64,000 nucleotides of DNA from Pseudomonadota bacterium. Lineage in GTDB: Bacteria > Pseudomonadota > Gammaproteobacteria > Burkholderiales > Burkholderiaceae_C. The stretch lies in assembly GCA_023442945.1 (NCBI GenBank), contig JAEZWW010000048.1, forward strand, positions 856 to 64,855, given 5' to 3'. The notes beneath the pieces are model-generated. The model was not told where the DNA came from, did no database searches, and saw only the letters and a program-made list of their open reading frames with translations. The position numbers and the translations under genes are program-made. Positions 40,136 through 50,049 of the stretch are shown here, in pieces (position 1 is the first letter of the stretch; every line of letters begins with the position of its first letter).

Positions 40136-41634
40136 GCGTGCGCACCTTCCTTTGCCTGGCGCGCGGCCAGCGCGCGCTGCACCTGGTCGACATCGGAAAA
40201 CGGCAACCGCTGGCCCCGCACTTCTTGATAAGTCTCGTGCCCCTTGCCCGCCACCAGGACGACATCGCGCGCGTCGGCGGCGCTGATACTCGCCTGGATG
40301 GCCAGGGCGCGGTCCGGCTCCACCAGGGTTGCCGCGCGCTGCAGGCCGGCCAGAACCTGGTCGATGATGGCCTGGGGCGCCTCACCCCGCGGGTTGTCGC
40401 TGGTCACGACGACCGCGTCCGCCGCCGCCTCGGCCGCCGCCGCCATCAAAGGGCGCTTGCTGGCGTCGCGGTCACCACCGCAGCCAAACACGCACCACAG
40501 GCGACCGCCCCGCGCGTCGGCCAGCGGGCGCAGGGCCGACAGCGCCTTGGCCAATGCGTCTGGCGTGTGGGCGTAGTCGACCACCGCCAGCGGCGCGCCG
40601 GGCGCATCCAGGCGCTCCATCCGCCCCGGGACGGCGGGCAAGGCGTCGCACGCAGCAGCCGCATCGGCCAGCGGCACGCCCAGTGCGCGCAGCACGCCGA
40701 GCACACCCATCAGGTTGCTGGCGTTGTAATCGCCGACCAGGGGTGTCTTGATCGCCACCCGCTCCGCCGCCTCTTCCACCAGCCACTGCAGGCCGTTGGC
40801 GCCATAGCGCAGGTCGGAAGCCCGCAGGCGCGCGGGCTGCTGCAGGGACACCGTCCACACATCCAGACCCTGCTCGGTGGCCAACGCTGCGAGCTCGCGG
40901 CCGCGCGGATCGTCGATGTTGATCACGGCCGCGCGCAGCCCGGGCCAGCGGAAAAGCGCCGCCTTGGCGGCCCAGTAAGCCTCCATGCTGCCGTGGTAGT
41001 CCAGATGGTCCTGCGTGAAATTGGTGAACACCGCGACGCGAATCGCCATGCCGTCCAGGCGGTGCTCAGCAATACCGATCGAGGACGCTTCGATCGCGCA
41101 ACTGCGCACGCCGGCATCCACGAAGCCGCGGAGGCGCCGCTGCAAAAGGACCGGATCGGGTGTGGTCATGCCCGTGCTTTCCACCGCAGGCGCCACGCCA
41201 ACACCCAAAGTACCGACCAGCCCGCACGGAGACAGCGCAGGCAGCTGCAATTTTGAGAGCAAAATTGATACCCACCAGGCGGTCGACGTCTTGCCATTGG
41301 TGCCCGTGATGGCGACCATCTGCAGCGCGCGCGATGGGTGCTCGTAGTACGCGCCCGCGACCAGGCTCGTGCCCGCCTTGAGGTGCGGGTAGGCCGCAAT
41401 GGCCGCATCCTTCAAATCGAATACGTCAGCACCCTCTTCCTCCACCAGACAGGCTCGGGCGCCCTGTGCCAGCGCGGCACCGACAAAGCGACGGCCATCG
41501 GTGGCCGCGCCCGGCCAGGCGATGAAGCCATCGCCCGCCCGCACCTGGCGGCTGTCGGCCTGCAATTGGCCGGTCACGCGCGCGCGCAGCCAACGGGCGG
41601 CGTCCTGGGGCGTGTCGAGGACGGGCAAGGCCAT
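40132..41634 (-). CDS. murE: UDP-N-acetylmuramoyl-L-alanyl-D-glutamate--2,6-diaminopimelate ligase
   Basis: AITGTNGKTS and DYAHTPDAL, plus the DNPR motif. 500 aa. Confidence 0.95.
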   Translation of the reverse strand: MALPVLDTPQDAARWLRARVTGQLQADSRQVRAGDGFIAWPGAATDGRRFVGAALAQGARACLVEEEGADVFDLKDAAIAAYPHLKAGTSLVAGAYYEHPSRALQMVAITGTNGKTSTAWWVSILLSKLQLPALSPCGLVGTLGVGVAPAVESTGMTTPDPVLLQRRLRGFVDAGVRSCAIEASSIGIAEHRLDGMAIRVAVFTNFTQDHLDYHGSMEAYWAAKAALFRWPGLRAAVINIDDPRGRELAALATEQGLDVWTVSLQQPARLRASDLRYGANGLQWLVEEAAERVAIKTPLVGDYNASNLMGVLGVLRALGVPLADAAAACDALPAVPGRMERLDAPGAPLAVVDYAHTPDALAKALSALRPLADARGGRLWCVFGCGGDRDASKRPLMAAAAEAAADAVVVTSDNPRGEAPQAIIDQVLAGLQRAATLVEPDRALAIQASISAADARDVVLVAGKGHETYQEVRGQRLPFSDVDQVQRALAARQAKEGAHA

Positions 41635-41635
41635 G

Positions 41636-43372
41636 TCAGAACGACTCCTGCACCTGCTCGGCCACGATGGCCGGCTTGACCGCCACGTCCGGCTGCACGC
41701 CCATGATGCGCAGCGTCTGCTGCACGACTTCGCTGAAAACCGGCGCCGCCACGGTGCCGCCGTAGTAAGTGCCGTTGCTGGGCTCGTCGATCATCACGCC
41801 GACGATCAGGCGCGGCGACTCGATCGGCGCCATGCCGGTGAACCAGGCGCGGTACTTGTTGGACGCGTAGCCCTTGCCGACCTGCTTGCGCGCCGTGCCG
41901 GACTTGCCGCCCACCGAATAGCCCACGGTCTGCGCGCGCTGCCCCGTGCCGCCCGGGCCAGCCGCCATGGCCAGCATCTTGCGAACGGCGCGCGCGTTCT
42001 TGTCGGAAAACACCTTGACGCCCTGGACAGGTGCGCTGGCGTCCAGCTTGAGCAGCGTGGCCGGGATGACCTCACCCCCGTGCGAGAACGCCGTGTAGGA
42101 GTGGACCATCTGGAACAGAGACGCCGACAAGCCGTAGCCGTACGACATGGTCGCCTGCTCCACCGGCTTCCAGTTTTTCCAGTAGCGCACCCGGCCGGTG
42201 GCCGCGCCCGGGAAGGCCAGGTCCGGCTTGCGCCCATAGCCCAGCGCCGAATAGGTCTCCCACATCTCCTGCGGCCGCAGTTTCTGCGCGATCTTCAGTG
42301 CGCCGACGTTGCTGGACTTCTGGATCACGCCTTCCACCGACAGGTTGCCGTAGTTGTGCGTATCCCGGATCGTGAAGCGGTCCAGCTGGTAACTGCCGGG
42401 CGACGTGTTGATCATGGTCTGCGGCGTGACGCGGCCCGCCTCCAGTGCGATGCCCACGGTGATCGGCTTCATGGTCGAGCCAGGTTCAAACGTGTCCGTC
42501 AAGGCGATGTTGCGCAGTTGCGCGCCGGTCAAATTCTTGCGGTTGTCCGGCGAATAGCTCGGGTAGTTGGCCAGTGCCAGCACCTCGCCCGTCTGCGCGT
42601 CCAACACCACCACGCTGCCCGACTTGGCCTTGTGCGCGAGCACGGAGTCGCGCAGCTTCTGGTAAGCGAAGAACTGCACCTTGGAATCGATCGACAGCTG
42701 GATGTCCTTGCCATCCACCGGCGGCACCTCATCGCCCACGGCTTCGACGGCGCGGCCCAGACGGTCCTTGATCACACGGCGCGACCCCGGCTTGCCGGCC
42801 AGTTGCTTGTCAAACGACAACTCAGCCCCCTCCTGGCCGTGGTTTTCCACGTTGGCGAACCCGACCACGTGGGCCGCCGCCTCGCCTTCAGGGTACTTGC
42901 GCTTGTACTCGCGGCGCTGGTGGATGCCGGGGATCTTCAAGTCGGCGATCTCCTTGGCAACAGGCTCGTCCACCTGGCGCTTGATCCACACGAAGCTCTT
43001 GTCCTCGTTGGCCAGCTTCTTGTTCAGCTCGGCCAGGGGCATGCCCAGCAGCTTGGCCAGCTGCTGCAGCTTGCCTTGGTCGCGGTCAACGTCTTCGGGG
43101 ATGGCCCAGATGCTGGGTGCCACCACGCTGGAAGCCAACAGCAAGCCGTTGCGGTCGAAGATGCGTCCGCGGCTGGCCGGCATGTCCAGCGTACGGGCAA
43201 AGCGCACTTCGCCCTGGCGCTGAAAGAAGGCGTTGCCAAACACCTGCACGTAGGCGGCGCGCGCAATCAGCACGATGAAGGCCAGCGCCAGCATCGCCAC
43301 GATGAACTTGCTGCGCCAAACCGGTGTCTTGGACGCCAGCAGCGGGCTGGAGGTGTAGCGGATATCCCTCAT
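41636..43372 (-). CDS. ftsI: peptidoglycan D,D-transpeptidase FtsI (PBP3)
   Basis: N-terminal TM helix. Motifs are SxxK (GSTMKP), SSN (SSNVGA) and KSG (GKSGTA). 578 aa. Confidence 0.95.
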   Translation of the reverse strand: MRDIRYTSSPLLASKTPVWRSKFIVAMLALAFIVLIARAAYVQVFGNAFFQRQGEVRFARTLDMPASRGRIFDRNGLLLASSVVAPSIWAIPEDVDRDQGKLQQLAKLLGMPLAELNKKLANEDKSFVWIKRQVDEPVAKEIADLKIPGIHQRREYKRKYPEGEAAAHVVGFANVENHGQEGAELSFDKQLAGKPGSRRVIKDRLGRAVEAVGDEVPPVDGKDIQLSIDSKVQFFAYQKLRDSVLAHKAKSGSVVVLDAQTGEVLALANYPSYSPDNRKNLTGAQLRNIALTDTFEPGSTMKPITVGIALEAGRVTPQTMINTSPGSYQLDRFTIRDTHNYGNLSVEGVIQKSSNVGALKIAQKLRPQEMWETYSALGYGRKPDLAFPGAATGRVRYWKNWKPVEQATMSYGYGLSASLFQMVHSYTAFSHGGEVIPATLLKLDASAPVQGVKVFSDKNARAVRKMLAMAAGPGGTGQRAQTVGYSVGGKSGTARKQVGKGYASNKYRAWFTGMAPIESPRLIVGVMIDEPSNGTYYGGTVAAPVFSEVVQQTLRIMGVQPDVAVKPAIVAEQVQESF

Positions 43373-43683
43373 GGTGCCCGTCCTTGCGCCTGCGGCGCCG
43401 ATGCCACCGCCGGCGCGGCGCTGGCCGAAGTCACATACTCGGTCACGGCGGGCGTCACCGTGCGCATGGCCAGCTTGTCCTTGGCCAGGGTTTCAACGCG
43501 CAGCGAGGTGGCGGCGGCGCGCTTTTCCACTTCCAGGCGACCGTGCTCGGTCTCCAGGCGGTGCGCTTCGGCCGCAGCACGGTCCAGCTCGGTGAACAGG
43601 CGGCGCGAGTCGTACTGCACGCGCACCACGTACATCGCCGACACCATCAGGGCCGCCAGCAGGACGATCGACAGACGGGTCAT
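43369..43683 (-). CDS. ftsL: cell division protein FtsL
   Basis: 104 aa. The TM helix [17 protein letters not shown] is followed by a coiled-coil region. Positioned between rsmH and ftsI, overlapping both. Confidence 0.88.
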   Translation of the reverse strand: MTRLSIVLLAALMVSAMYVVRVQYDSRRLFTELDRAAAEAHRLETEHGRLEVEKRAAATSLRVETLAKDKLAMRTVTPAVTEYVTSASAAPAVASAPQAQGRAP

Positions 43684-44621
43684 GCGCGCGCCCCTGCGTG
43701 CCGCGCGGGCACGGGCGCCTCGGTGCGCTCAGCCACGCGCATGATGGCGCTGCGCGCGCGCGGGTTGGCGGCCACCTCGGCTTCGCTGGGACGCACGCGC
43801 GCCAGCGCGCGCAACAGGGTCGGCGCCGGCTCGGCGAAGGGGGCGCGCCGGTCCACGACGGCACGCGAGTGCCGCGCAATGAACTGCTTGACGATGCGGT
43901 CTTCCAGCGAATGGAAGCTGATCACCACGAGCCGACCTCCGGGTTGAAGCACATGCAGGCTGCCCTCTAGCGCCTGCTCGAGCTCTTCAAGCTCACCGTT
44001 GACGAAAATCCGAACAGCCTGAAATGTGCGCGTTGCAGGGTTCTGGCCCGGCTCGCGGGTTTTGACCGCGCCAGCCACGAGCTCGGCCAGTTCAGCGGTG
44101 GATGCAAGAGGGCCCCGTTCCTGTCGGCGCGCGACAATCGCCTTTGCAATGGGGACAGCAAACCGTTCTTCGCCGTAGTCACGAATCACCTCTGCAATCT
44201 GTCGTTGATCGGCCACCGCCAGCCACTCGGCCGCGCTCTGACCCCGCGTCGGGTCCATGCGCATGTCCAAAGGACCATCGGCACGAAAAGAAAAACCCCG
44301 CTCGGGGTTGTCGATCTGCGGCGAGCTGATGCCCAGGTCCATCAACACCCCGGTGACGCTGGCCGGCGGCAATTCGCCCAGCGCCGCAAAGCCCTGGTGC
44401 CGGATCGAAAAACGCGCGTCCCGGATCTGCTCGGCCTCGGCCAGGGCCTCCGGGTCCTTGTCGAAAGCCAGCACACGCCCCGTCGCGCCCAGCTGCGCCA
44501 GCAACGCGCGCGAGTGCCCGCCGCGCCCGAAGGTGGCGTCCACGTACTGGCCGTCCGGTCGGGTGACCAGTGCGTCGATCGCCTCGTTCAGCAAGACGGT
44601 GGTGTGCGTCCATGTGTTCAC
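43680..44621 (-). CDS. rsmH: 16S rRNA (cytosine1402-N4)-methyltransferase
   Basis: [13 protein letters not shown] and [10 protein letters not shown]. The GTG at 44621 gives a 313-aa protein. The track ORF is extended upstream into mraZ. Confidence 0.93.
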   Translation of the reverse strand: MNTWTHTTVLLNEAIDALVTRPDGQYVDATFGRGGHSRALLAQLGATGRVLAFDKDPEALAEAEQIRDARFSIRHQGFAALGELPPASVTGVLMDLGISSPQIDNPERGFSFRADGPLDMRMDPTRGQSAAEWLAVADQRQIAEVIRDYGEERFAVPIAKAIVARRQERGPLASTAELAELVAGAVKTREPGQNPATRTFQAVRIFVNGELEELEQALEGSLHVLQPGGRLVVISFHSLEDRIVKQFIARHSRAVVDRRAPFAEPAPTLLRALARVRPSEAEVAANPRARSAIMRVAERTEAPVPARHAGARA

Positions 44622-44637
44622 CGCGCAGGGCCTGCCG

Positions 44638-45066
44638 TTAGAAAACGAATTCCTTGAAGGAATCCGGCATGCCTTCTTCCAACGCCTTGGCCTCTTCGGC
44701 CTCGTAGCTCGCCTTATCCCACAACTCGAAATGGGCGCCCATGCCCAGCAGCATGACTTCGCGCGTGATGTTGGCGGCAGCGCGCAACTCGGGCGCCACG
44801 AGGACGCGGCCAGTGGCGTCCATCTCCACATCCATGGCGTTGCCCATGAAGATGCGCTTCCAGCGCTGGGCACTCATGGGCAGCTGCACGATGCGGTCGC
44901 GGAATTTTTCCCACTCAGGGCGCGGGAAGACCATCAGGCAGCCATCGGGGTGACGCGTGATGGTCAGCTGACCGGCGGCCGTCGCCAAGAGGACGTCACG
45001 GTGCCGGGTCGGCACGGACAGCCTCCCCTTTGCATCCAGACTCAACGATGACGGCCCTTGAAACAC
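44638..45066 (-). CDS. mraZ: division/cell wall cluster transcriptional regulator MraZ
   Basis: (GTG)[22 protein letters not shown] begins the first of two SpoVT/AbrB-like repeats, the second containing [14 protein letters not shown]. 142 aa. Confidence 0.95.
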   Translation of the reverse strand: MFQGPSSLSLDAKGRLSVPTRHRDVLLATAAGQLTITRHPDGCLMVFPRPEWEKFRDRIVQLPMSAQRWKRIFMGNAMDVEMDATGRVLVAPELRAAANITREVMLLGMGAHFELWDKASYEAEEAKALEEGMPDSFKEFVF

Positions 45067-45106
45067 CAGACTTCCCTGCTAAGAGTGCCTCAACAAGACG
45101 GGAAAG

Positions 45107-45141
45107 GCACTTTCCCCCACTTAATTGCACTTTTTTGCACT
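45107..45141 (-). promoter_or_regulatory. candidate MraZ operator: four direct repeats AGTG(C/G) at exact 10-bp phasing
   Basis: The minus strand reads AGTGCaaaaaAGTGCaattaAGTGGgggaaAGTGC. On the plus strand the GCACT/CCACT units sit at 45107, 45117, 45127 and 45137. The array lies 41-75 nt upstream of the mraZ start. Confidence 0.7.
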
Positions 45142-45199
45142 GTAGCAGGAAAACGTCAGAGGGCAAGGTGGTCACACAAATTATTTCAATGAAATCAAG

Positions 45200-45240
45200 A
45201 CCTTAGCTGGGTTTTCGACCAGTTCAAAAAATAAAAAGGC
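45200..45240 (-). promoter_or_regulatory. predicted dcw promoter (UP-like A/T tract, -35 TTGAAC, 16-nt spacer, -10 TAAGGT)
   Basis: The minus strand reads cctttttattttttGAACtggtcgaaaacccagcTAAGGT. The -35 is at 45222-45227 and the -10 at 45200-45205. Prediction by eye only. Confidence 0.4.
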
Positions 45241-45464
45241 TTTGAAATTAGGTACTTAGCGCCGACACTCAAAGTAGCCTCTCGGTAGCGGATTTCCGAC
45301 CATTGCGCAACAGGGACGGTGACAGGGCGCAGTGAGCGCAGCGTTTCCGAGACCTGCCACGCCGTTTTCCACCTGATGGAGCCGTCAAATGCTCCACCGG
45401 TCCCACCGCGAGGTGCCTCTCCGGCCGGAGGTTGCGCTGCGGGCGCGCATGGAGTGCGCCGCGC

Positions 45465-45487
45465 AAGAAAAAGGCCCCGAAGGGCCT
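45465..45487 (-). terminator. rho-independent terminator after hslU
   Basis: The minus strand reads AGGCCC-TTCG-GGGCCT followed by TTTTTCTT. It lies about 36 nt downstream of the hslU stop. Confidence 0.8.
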
Positions 45488-45522
45488 GGTTGCGCTGACG
45501 GACCGCCCCTGCGGCGGGCGCC

Positions 45523-46857
45523 TCAGAGGATGTAGCGCGACAAATCCTCGTCCCGGCTCAGCGCCGACAGGCGCTGGTCGACGTAAGCGGCATCGATCTG
45601 CACCGTCTGCCCTTCGTGCCGGGTGGCGCCAAAGCTCAGCTCTTCCAGCAGGCGCTCCATGATGGTCGACAGGCGCCGTGCGCCGATGTTCTCGGTCGAT
45701 TCGTTCACCGCAAAGGCGATCTCGGCCAGCCGCGCGATGCCGTCGGCAGTGAAATCCAGCGTGACGCCCTCGGTCGCCATCAGCGCCTGGTACTGGCGGA
45801 CCAGCGACGCGTCGGTTTGGGTCAGGATGGCTTCGAAGTCCTTCACCGACAGCGATTGCAGTTCCACCCGGATCGGCAAGCGCCCTTGCAGCTCAGGGAT
45901 CAGGTCGCTGGGCCGCGACAGGTGGAAGGCCCCCGAGGCGATGAACAGGATGTGGTCGGTGCGCACGATGCCGTACTTGGTCGTCACCGCCGTGCCCTCG
46001 ACCAGCGGCAGCAGGTCGCGCTGCACGCCCTGGCGCGACACTTCGGCCGTGCTGCCGCCTTCCATATTGCGCGACGCGACCTTGTCGATCTCGTCGATGA
46101 AGACGATGCCGTTCTGCTCCAGGTTGTGCAGCGCCTGCACGCGGATCTCGTCCTCGTTGACCAGCTTGCCGGCTTCTTCATCGACCAGCAACTTCATGGC
46201 CTCGGCGATCTTCACGCGGCGCAGCTTGCGGCGGCCGGCGCCCAGGTTGCCCAGCACGCCCTTGAGCTGCTCGGCCATGTCTTCCATGCCGGGCGGGCTC
46301 ATGATCTCCATGGTGGGCGCGGGCTGGGCCAGCTCCAGCTCGATTTCCTTGTCGTCCAGCTGGCCTTCGCGCAGCTTCTTGCGGAAGGCCTGGCGGGCCG
46401 AGCTGTCGCCGGCCGGCGCGTTGCTGCCGTCGGCGTTGCGCGCAGGCGGGATCAGCACGTCCAGCACGCGGTCTTCGGCCAGGTCTTCGGCGCGCGAGCG
46501 GTGCGCCTTCATGGCCTGCTCGCGCTGTTGCTTGACGGCCATCTCGGCCAGGTCGCGAATGATCGAATCAACGTCCTTGCCGACATAGCCCACTTCGGTG
46601 AACTTGGTCGCCTCCACCTTGATGAAGGGCGCGTTGGCCAGCCGTGCCAGGCGGCGCGCAATCTCGGTCTTGCCCACGCCCGTGGGGCCGATCATCAGGA
46701 TGTTCTTGGGCGTGATCTCGGGGCGCAGCTTTTCGTCCACCTGCTGGCGGCGCCAGCGGTTGCGCAGCGCAATGGCCACGGCGCGCTTGGCGTCCTGCTG
46801 GCCGACGATGTGGCGGTCGAGTTCGGAGACGATCTCCTGCGGCGTCATGGAAGACAT
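45523..46857 (-). CDS. hslU: ATP-dependent protease ATPase subunit HslU
   Basis: [32 protein letters not shown] and the Walker A motif [15 protein letters not shown]. 444 aa. Confidence 0.98.
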   Translation of the reverse strand: MSSMTPQEIVSELDRHIVGQQDAKRAVAIALRNRWRRQQVDEKLRPEITPKNILMIGPTGVGKTEIARRLARLANAPFIKVEATKFTEVGYVGKDVDSIIRDLAEMAVKQQREQAMKAHRSRAEDLAEDRVLDVLIPPARNADGSNAPAGDSSARQAFRKKLREGQLDDKEIELELAQPAPTMEIMSPPGMEDMAEQLKGVLGNLGAGRRKLRRVKIAEAMKLLVDEEAGKLVNEDEIRVQALHNLEQNGIVFIDEIDKVASRNMEGGSTAEVSRQGVQRDLLPLVEGTAVTTKYGIVRTDHILFIASGAFHLSRPSDLIPELQGRLPIRVELQSLSVKDFEAILTQTDASLVRQYQALMATEGVTLDFTADGIARLAEIAFAVNESTENIGARRLSTIMERLLEELSFGATRHEGQTVQIDAAYVDQRLSALSRDEDLSRYIL

Positions 46858-46860
46858 GGA

Positions 46861-46925
46861 ATATTTATGCCAAATAGGGCTGCAGCGCTACAACCATCTG
46901 CGCGAGCAGCTATGTTAACAATAGC
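46861..46925 (-). repeat. REP-like element, copy 9 (reverse orientation) between hslV and hslU
   Basis: atatttatGCCAAATAGGGCTGCAGCGCTACAACCATCTGCGCGAGCAGCTATgttaacaATAGC. Confidence 0.8.
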
Positions 46926-46946
46926 AATTGGAGCGAATGATCGAGG

Positions 46947-47492
46947 TCAGAGTGTCTCGATCGTATGGTGCATGTTGGTGTAGATGCACAACTCGCCCGC
47001 GATTTCCAGCGCCTTCTTCACCACCTGGTCTGCCGGCAGATCGGTGTGGTCCAGCAAGGCCTTGGCGGCCGACTGCGCGTAGGCGCCGCCCGAGCCGATG
47101 GCCACCAGGCCTTGCTCGGGCTCCAGCACGTCGCCGTTGCCGGTGATGATGAGCGAGGCCTCGCGGTCGGCCACGGCCAGCATGGCTTCCAGGCGGCGCA
47201 GCACGCGGTCGGTGCGCCAGTCCTTGGTCAGCTCGATGGCGGCGCGGGTCAGGTGGCCCTGGTGCTTTTCCAGCTTGGCCTCAAAGCGCTCGAACAGCGT
47301 GAACGCGTCGGCTGTGGCGCCAGCAAAACCGGCCAGCACCTTGCCATGAAACAGCTTGCGCACCTTGCGCGCCGAGCCCTTGACGACGATGTTGCCCAGC
47401 GTCACCTGGCCGTCGCCACCGATTGCCACCTGCCAGCCTTCGGGCGTCTGGCGCCGCACGCTGATGATTGTTGTGCCGTGAAAGGGTTCCAT
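46947..47492 (-). CDS. hslV: ATP-dependent protease subunit HslV
   Basis: The [11 protein letters not shown]-terminus carries the Thr nucleophile. 181 aa. Confidence 0.97.
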   Translation of the reverse strand: MEPFHGTTIISVRRQTPEGWQVAIGGDGQVTLGNIVVKGSARKVRKLFHGKVLAGFAGATADAFTLFERFEAKLEKHQGHLTRAAIELTKDWRTDRVLRRLEAMLAVADREASLIITGNGDVLEPEQGLVAIGSGGAYAQSAAKALLDHTDLPADQVVKKALEIAGELCIYTNMHHTIETL

Positions 47493-47553
47493 CGCGCGCA
47501 GATGGGGGCGCCGCGGCGCAGCGCAAGCCCTGCGCCGGGCGAAATTTGCGCGC

Positions 47554-49344
47554 TCAGTCGCTGCGCAGCAGTACGCGCGCCGTGTCCTGGATGCCGATGA
47601 CGCCGAAAAACGCCGCCACCAGCCGATTGACCTGCTTGAAGGTCACCGGCCGGCCTTCGCCCTTTTGCTGCATCGCCCAGTTGAGCAGGTCGCCCGCAGC
47701 GCCAAAGTCGACGCGCAGCAGCTTGCGGCAGTTGAGCTCGAACAGGCCCACCCCTTGCGCATCGGCCAGGGGCGCGAGCGCCGGTTCGGCCGTGCCCACC
47801 AGTTCGCCTTCCAACGTGGCGCGCAAGACGCCAGTCTCATCGATGCGCGGAGCTCCCGGCGCGGGCGCGGCAGCGATCTCCAGCGACGAATCGCTGGCCG
47901 CATCCGGGCCAAAGTCGCTGGGCACGACGGTCTGGCCCTCTTCGGTCATGCGGTTGAAGCTGCCCACAGGCTCTTCCCATGCGGGTGGCGACACTTCGTA
48001 GGTCACGCAGTAGTTCAGCGCGACCAGCTCGAATTCATCCATCTCGGCCTGCACACGCAGCAAAGCCAGGCGTGCGTCCCACCACTGCGGGTCGGCGCTG
48101 CGGTCATCGGTGGGCGAGCGCTCGGTCAGCACCGCCAGCAGGCGTTCGTCGCCCAAGAACTTGACGCCGCCCGGCTGACCGCCCCAGCGCTTGAGCACGT
48201 CGATCAAGCCCGGCAACGCCGCTGGCTCGATCGTTTTCAGGTGCCGCCAGTCGATGCGCCAGGGCGATGGGTTGCGCTGCAGGCTGGCGTTGAGCGCGGC
48301 AATCGACTGCGTGCCGACGACCGACGGGCAGACCCAGTGGAACAGGCCCGACACCACCGGCGCGGGCGCTGTGAGCGGCGCCGGCGTGGAGCCGGTCGGC
48401 ACGATCTCAGTGACCAGCGCCCATTGCGGGGCCGAACGCCCGAACAGGTCGGCAAAGTCGATGGCCGCGTCGTCGAACTTGTCCTGTTGGTGGCTGGCGC
48501 GGTACAGGTCGAACAGCGTCAGCCAGGTGTCGAGGTCGCTGTGGCGGCTGCCGCCCTCGCGCAGCAGTTCCAGCAGACCGGCCTCGGCACCGGCCACATC
48601 GCCGTTGGCAAAACGGATCGCGGCTTCCTCGATTTCCGGGTCCTGCTTGGCTTCAATCATCACCTCGACGTTGAAGTCCGCGCGCCCGCCAAAGAGCACC
48701 ACGCCCGAACGCGAGTCCTCCGACGTGTCCACCGTCGCGCCCAGTGCCGCCGGCATGGGCGCCGCGGCCAGGTCCGGCATCGGTGGCGATGCGGGCACGC
48801 GGCTCAGCAGCTCGTCGCTCATCGTCTCGGTTGGCGCAAACGCGCGCACCTGCGGCGGCCCGCCCGCGCCCGTGGGGGCGGCGTCCGGTACGACGGTGTT
48901 CAGCGTCGGCGGGGCCACAGCTTGCGCCGCAGCCTGTGCCGCTGGTTCCGCCCCCGGCGCTCCAGCCGCGTTGGCGGCGGCCTTGTGCTTGAACCAGGCG
49001 GTGGACATCTGCGCTTCGATCTCGTCGATCTTCTTGAGCGTGCGGGCACGCTCGCCCGTGTTGGCCGGCTGGCTGCTGGGGTAAAAGGACGGGTGGGCGG
49101 CCGCGTCGCGCGCACCGTTTTCGCCCCGCCGGCGCAGCTTGCGCAGCATGTCGAATTCGCGGTTGCGCACGAAGTCGTTACGCCGCTTGCGCACGATCAT
49201 TTCCTTTAGCGCCAGCCGCGATTCGGCGTCGCCGCTGTCGGTTTCCGGCCGGTCCAGGTCCGACCAGTGCGTGGTCGGGCTGGTGACGAACTTCACCATC
49301 TTCGACAGCAAGCCGCCTGGGCGTGTTCCGGAATCCTTGCTCAT
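47554..49344 (-). CDS. hypothetical protein with duplicated helical + STAS-like modules
   Basis: 596 aa. The N-terminus is basic ([27 protein letters not shown]), followed by an Ala/Pro-rich linker. Two internally similar modules follow, each ending in a STAS-like fold. The family assignment is by eye only. Confidence 0.7.
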   Translation of the reverse strand: MSKDSGTRPGGLLSKMVKFVTSPTTHWSDLDRPETDSGDAESRLALKEMIVRKRRNDFVRNREFDMLRKLRRRGENGARDAAAHPSFYPSSQPANTGERARTLKKIDEIEAQMSTAWFKHKAAANAAGAPGAEPAAQAAAQAVAPPTLNTVVPDAAPTGAGGPPQVRAFAPTETMSDELLSRVPASPPMPDLAAAPMPAALGATVDTSEDSRSGVVLFGGRADFNVEVMIEAKQDPEIEEAAIRFANGDVAGAEAGLLELLREGGSRHSDLDTWLTLFDLYRASHQQDKFDDAAIDFADLFGRSAPQWALVTEIVPTGSTPAPLTAPAPVVSGLFHWVCPSVVGTQSIAALNASLQRNPSPWRIDWRHLKTIEPAALPGLIDVLKRWGGQPGGVKFLGDERLLAVLTERSPTDDRSADPQWWDARLALLRVQAEMDEFELVALNYCVTYEVSPPAWEEPVGSFNRMTEEGQTVVPSDFGPDAASDSSLEIAAAPAPGAPRIDETGVLRATLEGELVGTAEPALAPLADAQGVGLFELNCRKLLRVDFGAAGDLLNWAMQQKGEGRPVTFKQVNRLVAAFFGVIGIQDTARVLLRSD

Positions 49345-49389
49345 GGACGCGGGGGTTGGAGTGACAAAAGCCTGACGCGGTCGCCGCCG

Positions 49390-50049
49390 TCAGTCGCCAA
49401 ACATCTTCTGCTTGAGCTCGCGGCGCTGCTGCGCTTCAAGCGACAGCGTCGCCGTGGGACGGGCCAACAGGCGCGGCACACCGATCGGCTCGCCGGTCTC
49501 GTCGCAGTAACCGTAGTCACCGGCGTCGATGCGGCCAATGGACTGCTCGATCTTCTTGAGCAGCTTGCGCTCGCGGTCGCGCGTGCGCAGCTCCAGGGCG
49601 TGTTCTTCCTCAATGGTGGCGCGGTCGGCCGGGTCGGGCACGACCACGGTGTCGTCGCGCAGGTTCTCGGCGGTCTGGCCGGCATTGGCCAGGATGTCGT
49701 CCTTAAGCGCCACCAGCTTGCGGCGGAAGAACGCCAGCTGCTTGTCGTTCATGTACTCCGTGTCGGGCATGGCCACGACTTCGGCATCGGACAGCTCTTC
49801 GACGCTCTTGGTTTTCCAGTTGTTGGCCAGTTTCGGATCTTTCTTGACCGGAATGGCGACGGGCGGCGTAGCAACAGTGGACATGGGTACGGGTAATACC
49901 TTCAACGGGGCCGGCGCCGGGAGTGGCGAGGCATGGGATCGGGCGGCAGCGGGGGTCGCCGGTGCCTTGGCCGCGCGCGGAGCGGCGGCCTTCGTTTTGG
50001 CGGGCGTGGCCTTGGAGGGGGCGGGGCCTTTAGGAGCTGCGGATTTCAC
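49390..50049 (-). CDS. dksA: RNA polymerase-binding transcription factor DksA with Ala/Lys/Pro-rich N-terminal extension
   Basis: The C-terminal 150 aa are canonical DksA, with a coiled coil containing DPADRATIEEE and the zinc finger CDETGEPIGVPRL. The GTG at 50049 has AGGAGA 8 nt upstream. The internal ATG at 49884 would give a conventional 164-aa protein but has only a weak, distant RBS. Confidence 0.85.
   Translation of the reverse strand: MKSAAPKGPAPSKATPAKTKAAAPRAAKAPATPAAARSHASPLPAPAPLKVLPVPMSTVATPPVAIPVKKDPKLANNWKTKSVEELSDAEVVAMPDTEYMNDKQLAFFRRKLVALKDDILANAGQTAENLRDDTVVVPDPADRATIEEEHALELRTRDRERKLLKKIEQSIGRIDAGDYGYCDETGEPIGVPRLLARPTATLSLEAQQRRELKQKMFGD

Noticed and set aside
45241-45464. 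Possible RNase P RNA, tmRNA, SRP RNA or 6S RNA next to the dcw cluster.
   Set aside because: None of the near-universal sequence blocks is present on either strand. Examples checked were GGAAAGTCCGG of RNase P, the tRNA-like 3' end of tmRNA and the GGAAGCAGCC region of SRP RNA. The region is kept only as an unassigned-region finding.
45269-45466. 65-aa minus-strand ORF between hslU and mraZ.
   Set aside because: It has only a TTG start, overlaps the hslU terminator, and gives an extremely Arg-rich product with no RBS.
47493-47553. The word CGCGCAGATGG, identical to the REP core, occurs right at the hslV start.
   Set aside because: The rest of the element (TAGCTG arm, TAGGGCC arm, GATTTC flank) is missing, so this is probably a chance match of a GC-rich 11-mer.
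49390-49884. Short (164-aa) DksA start at ATG 49884.
   Set aside because: Not fully excluded. The upstream GTG at 50049 has a much better RBS and the frame stays open, so the long form is reported as the feature and the uncertainty is flagged as a finding.
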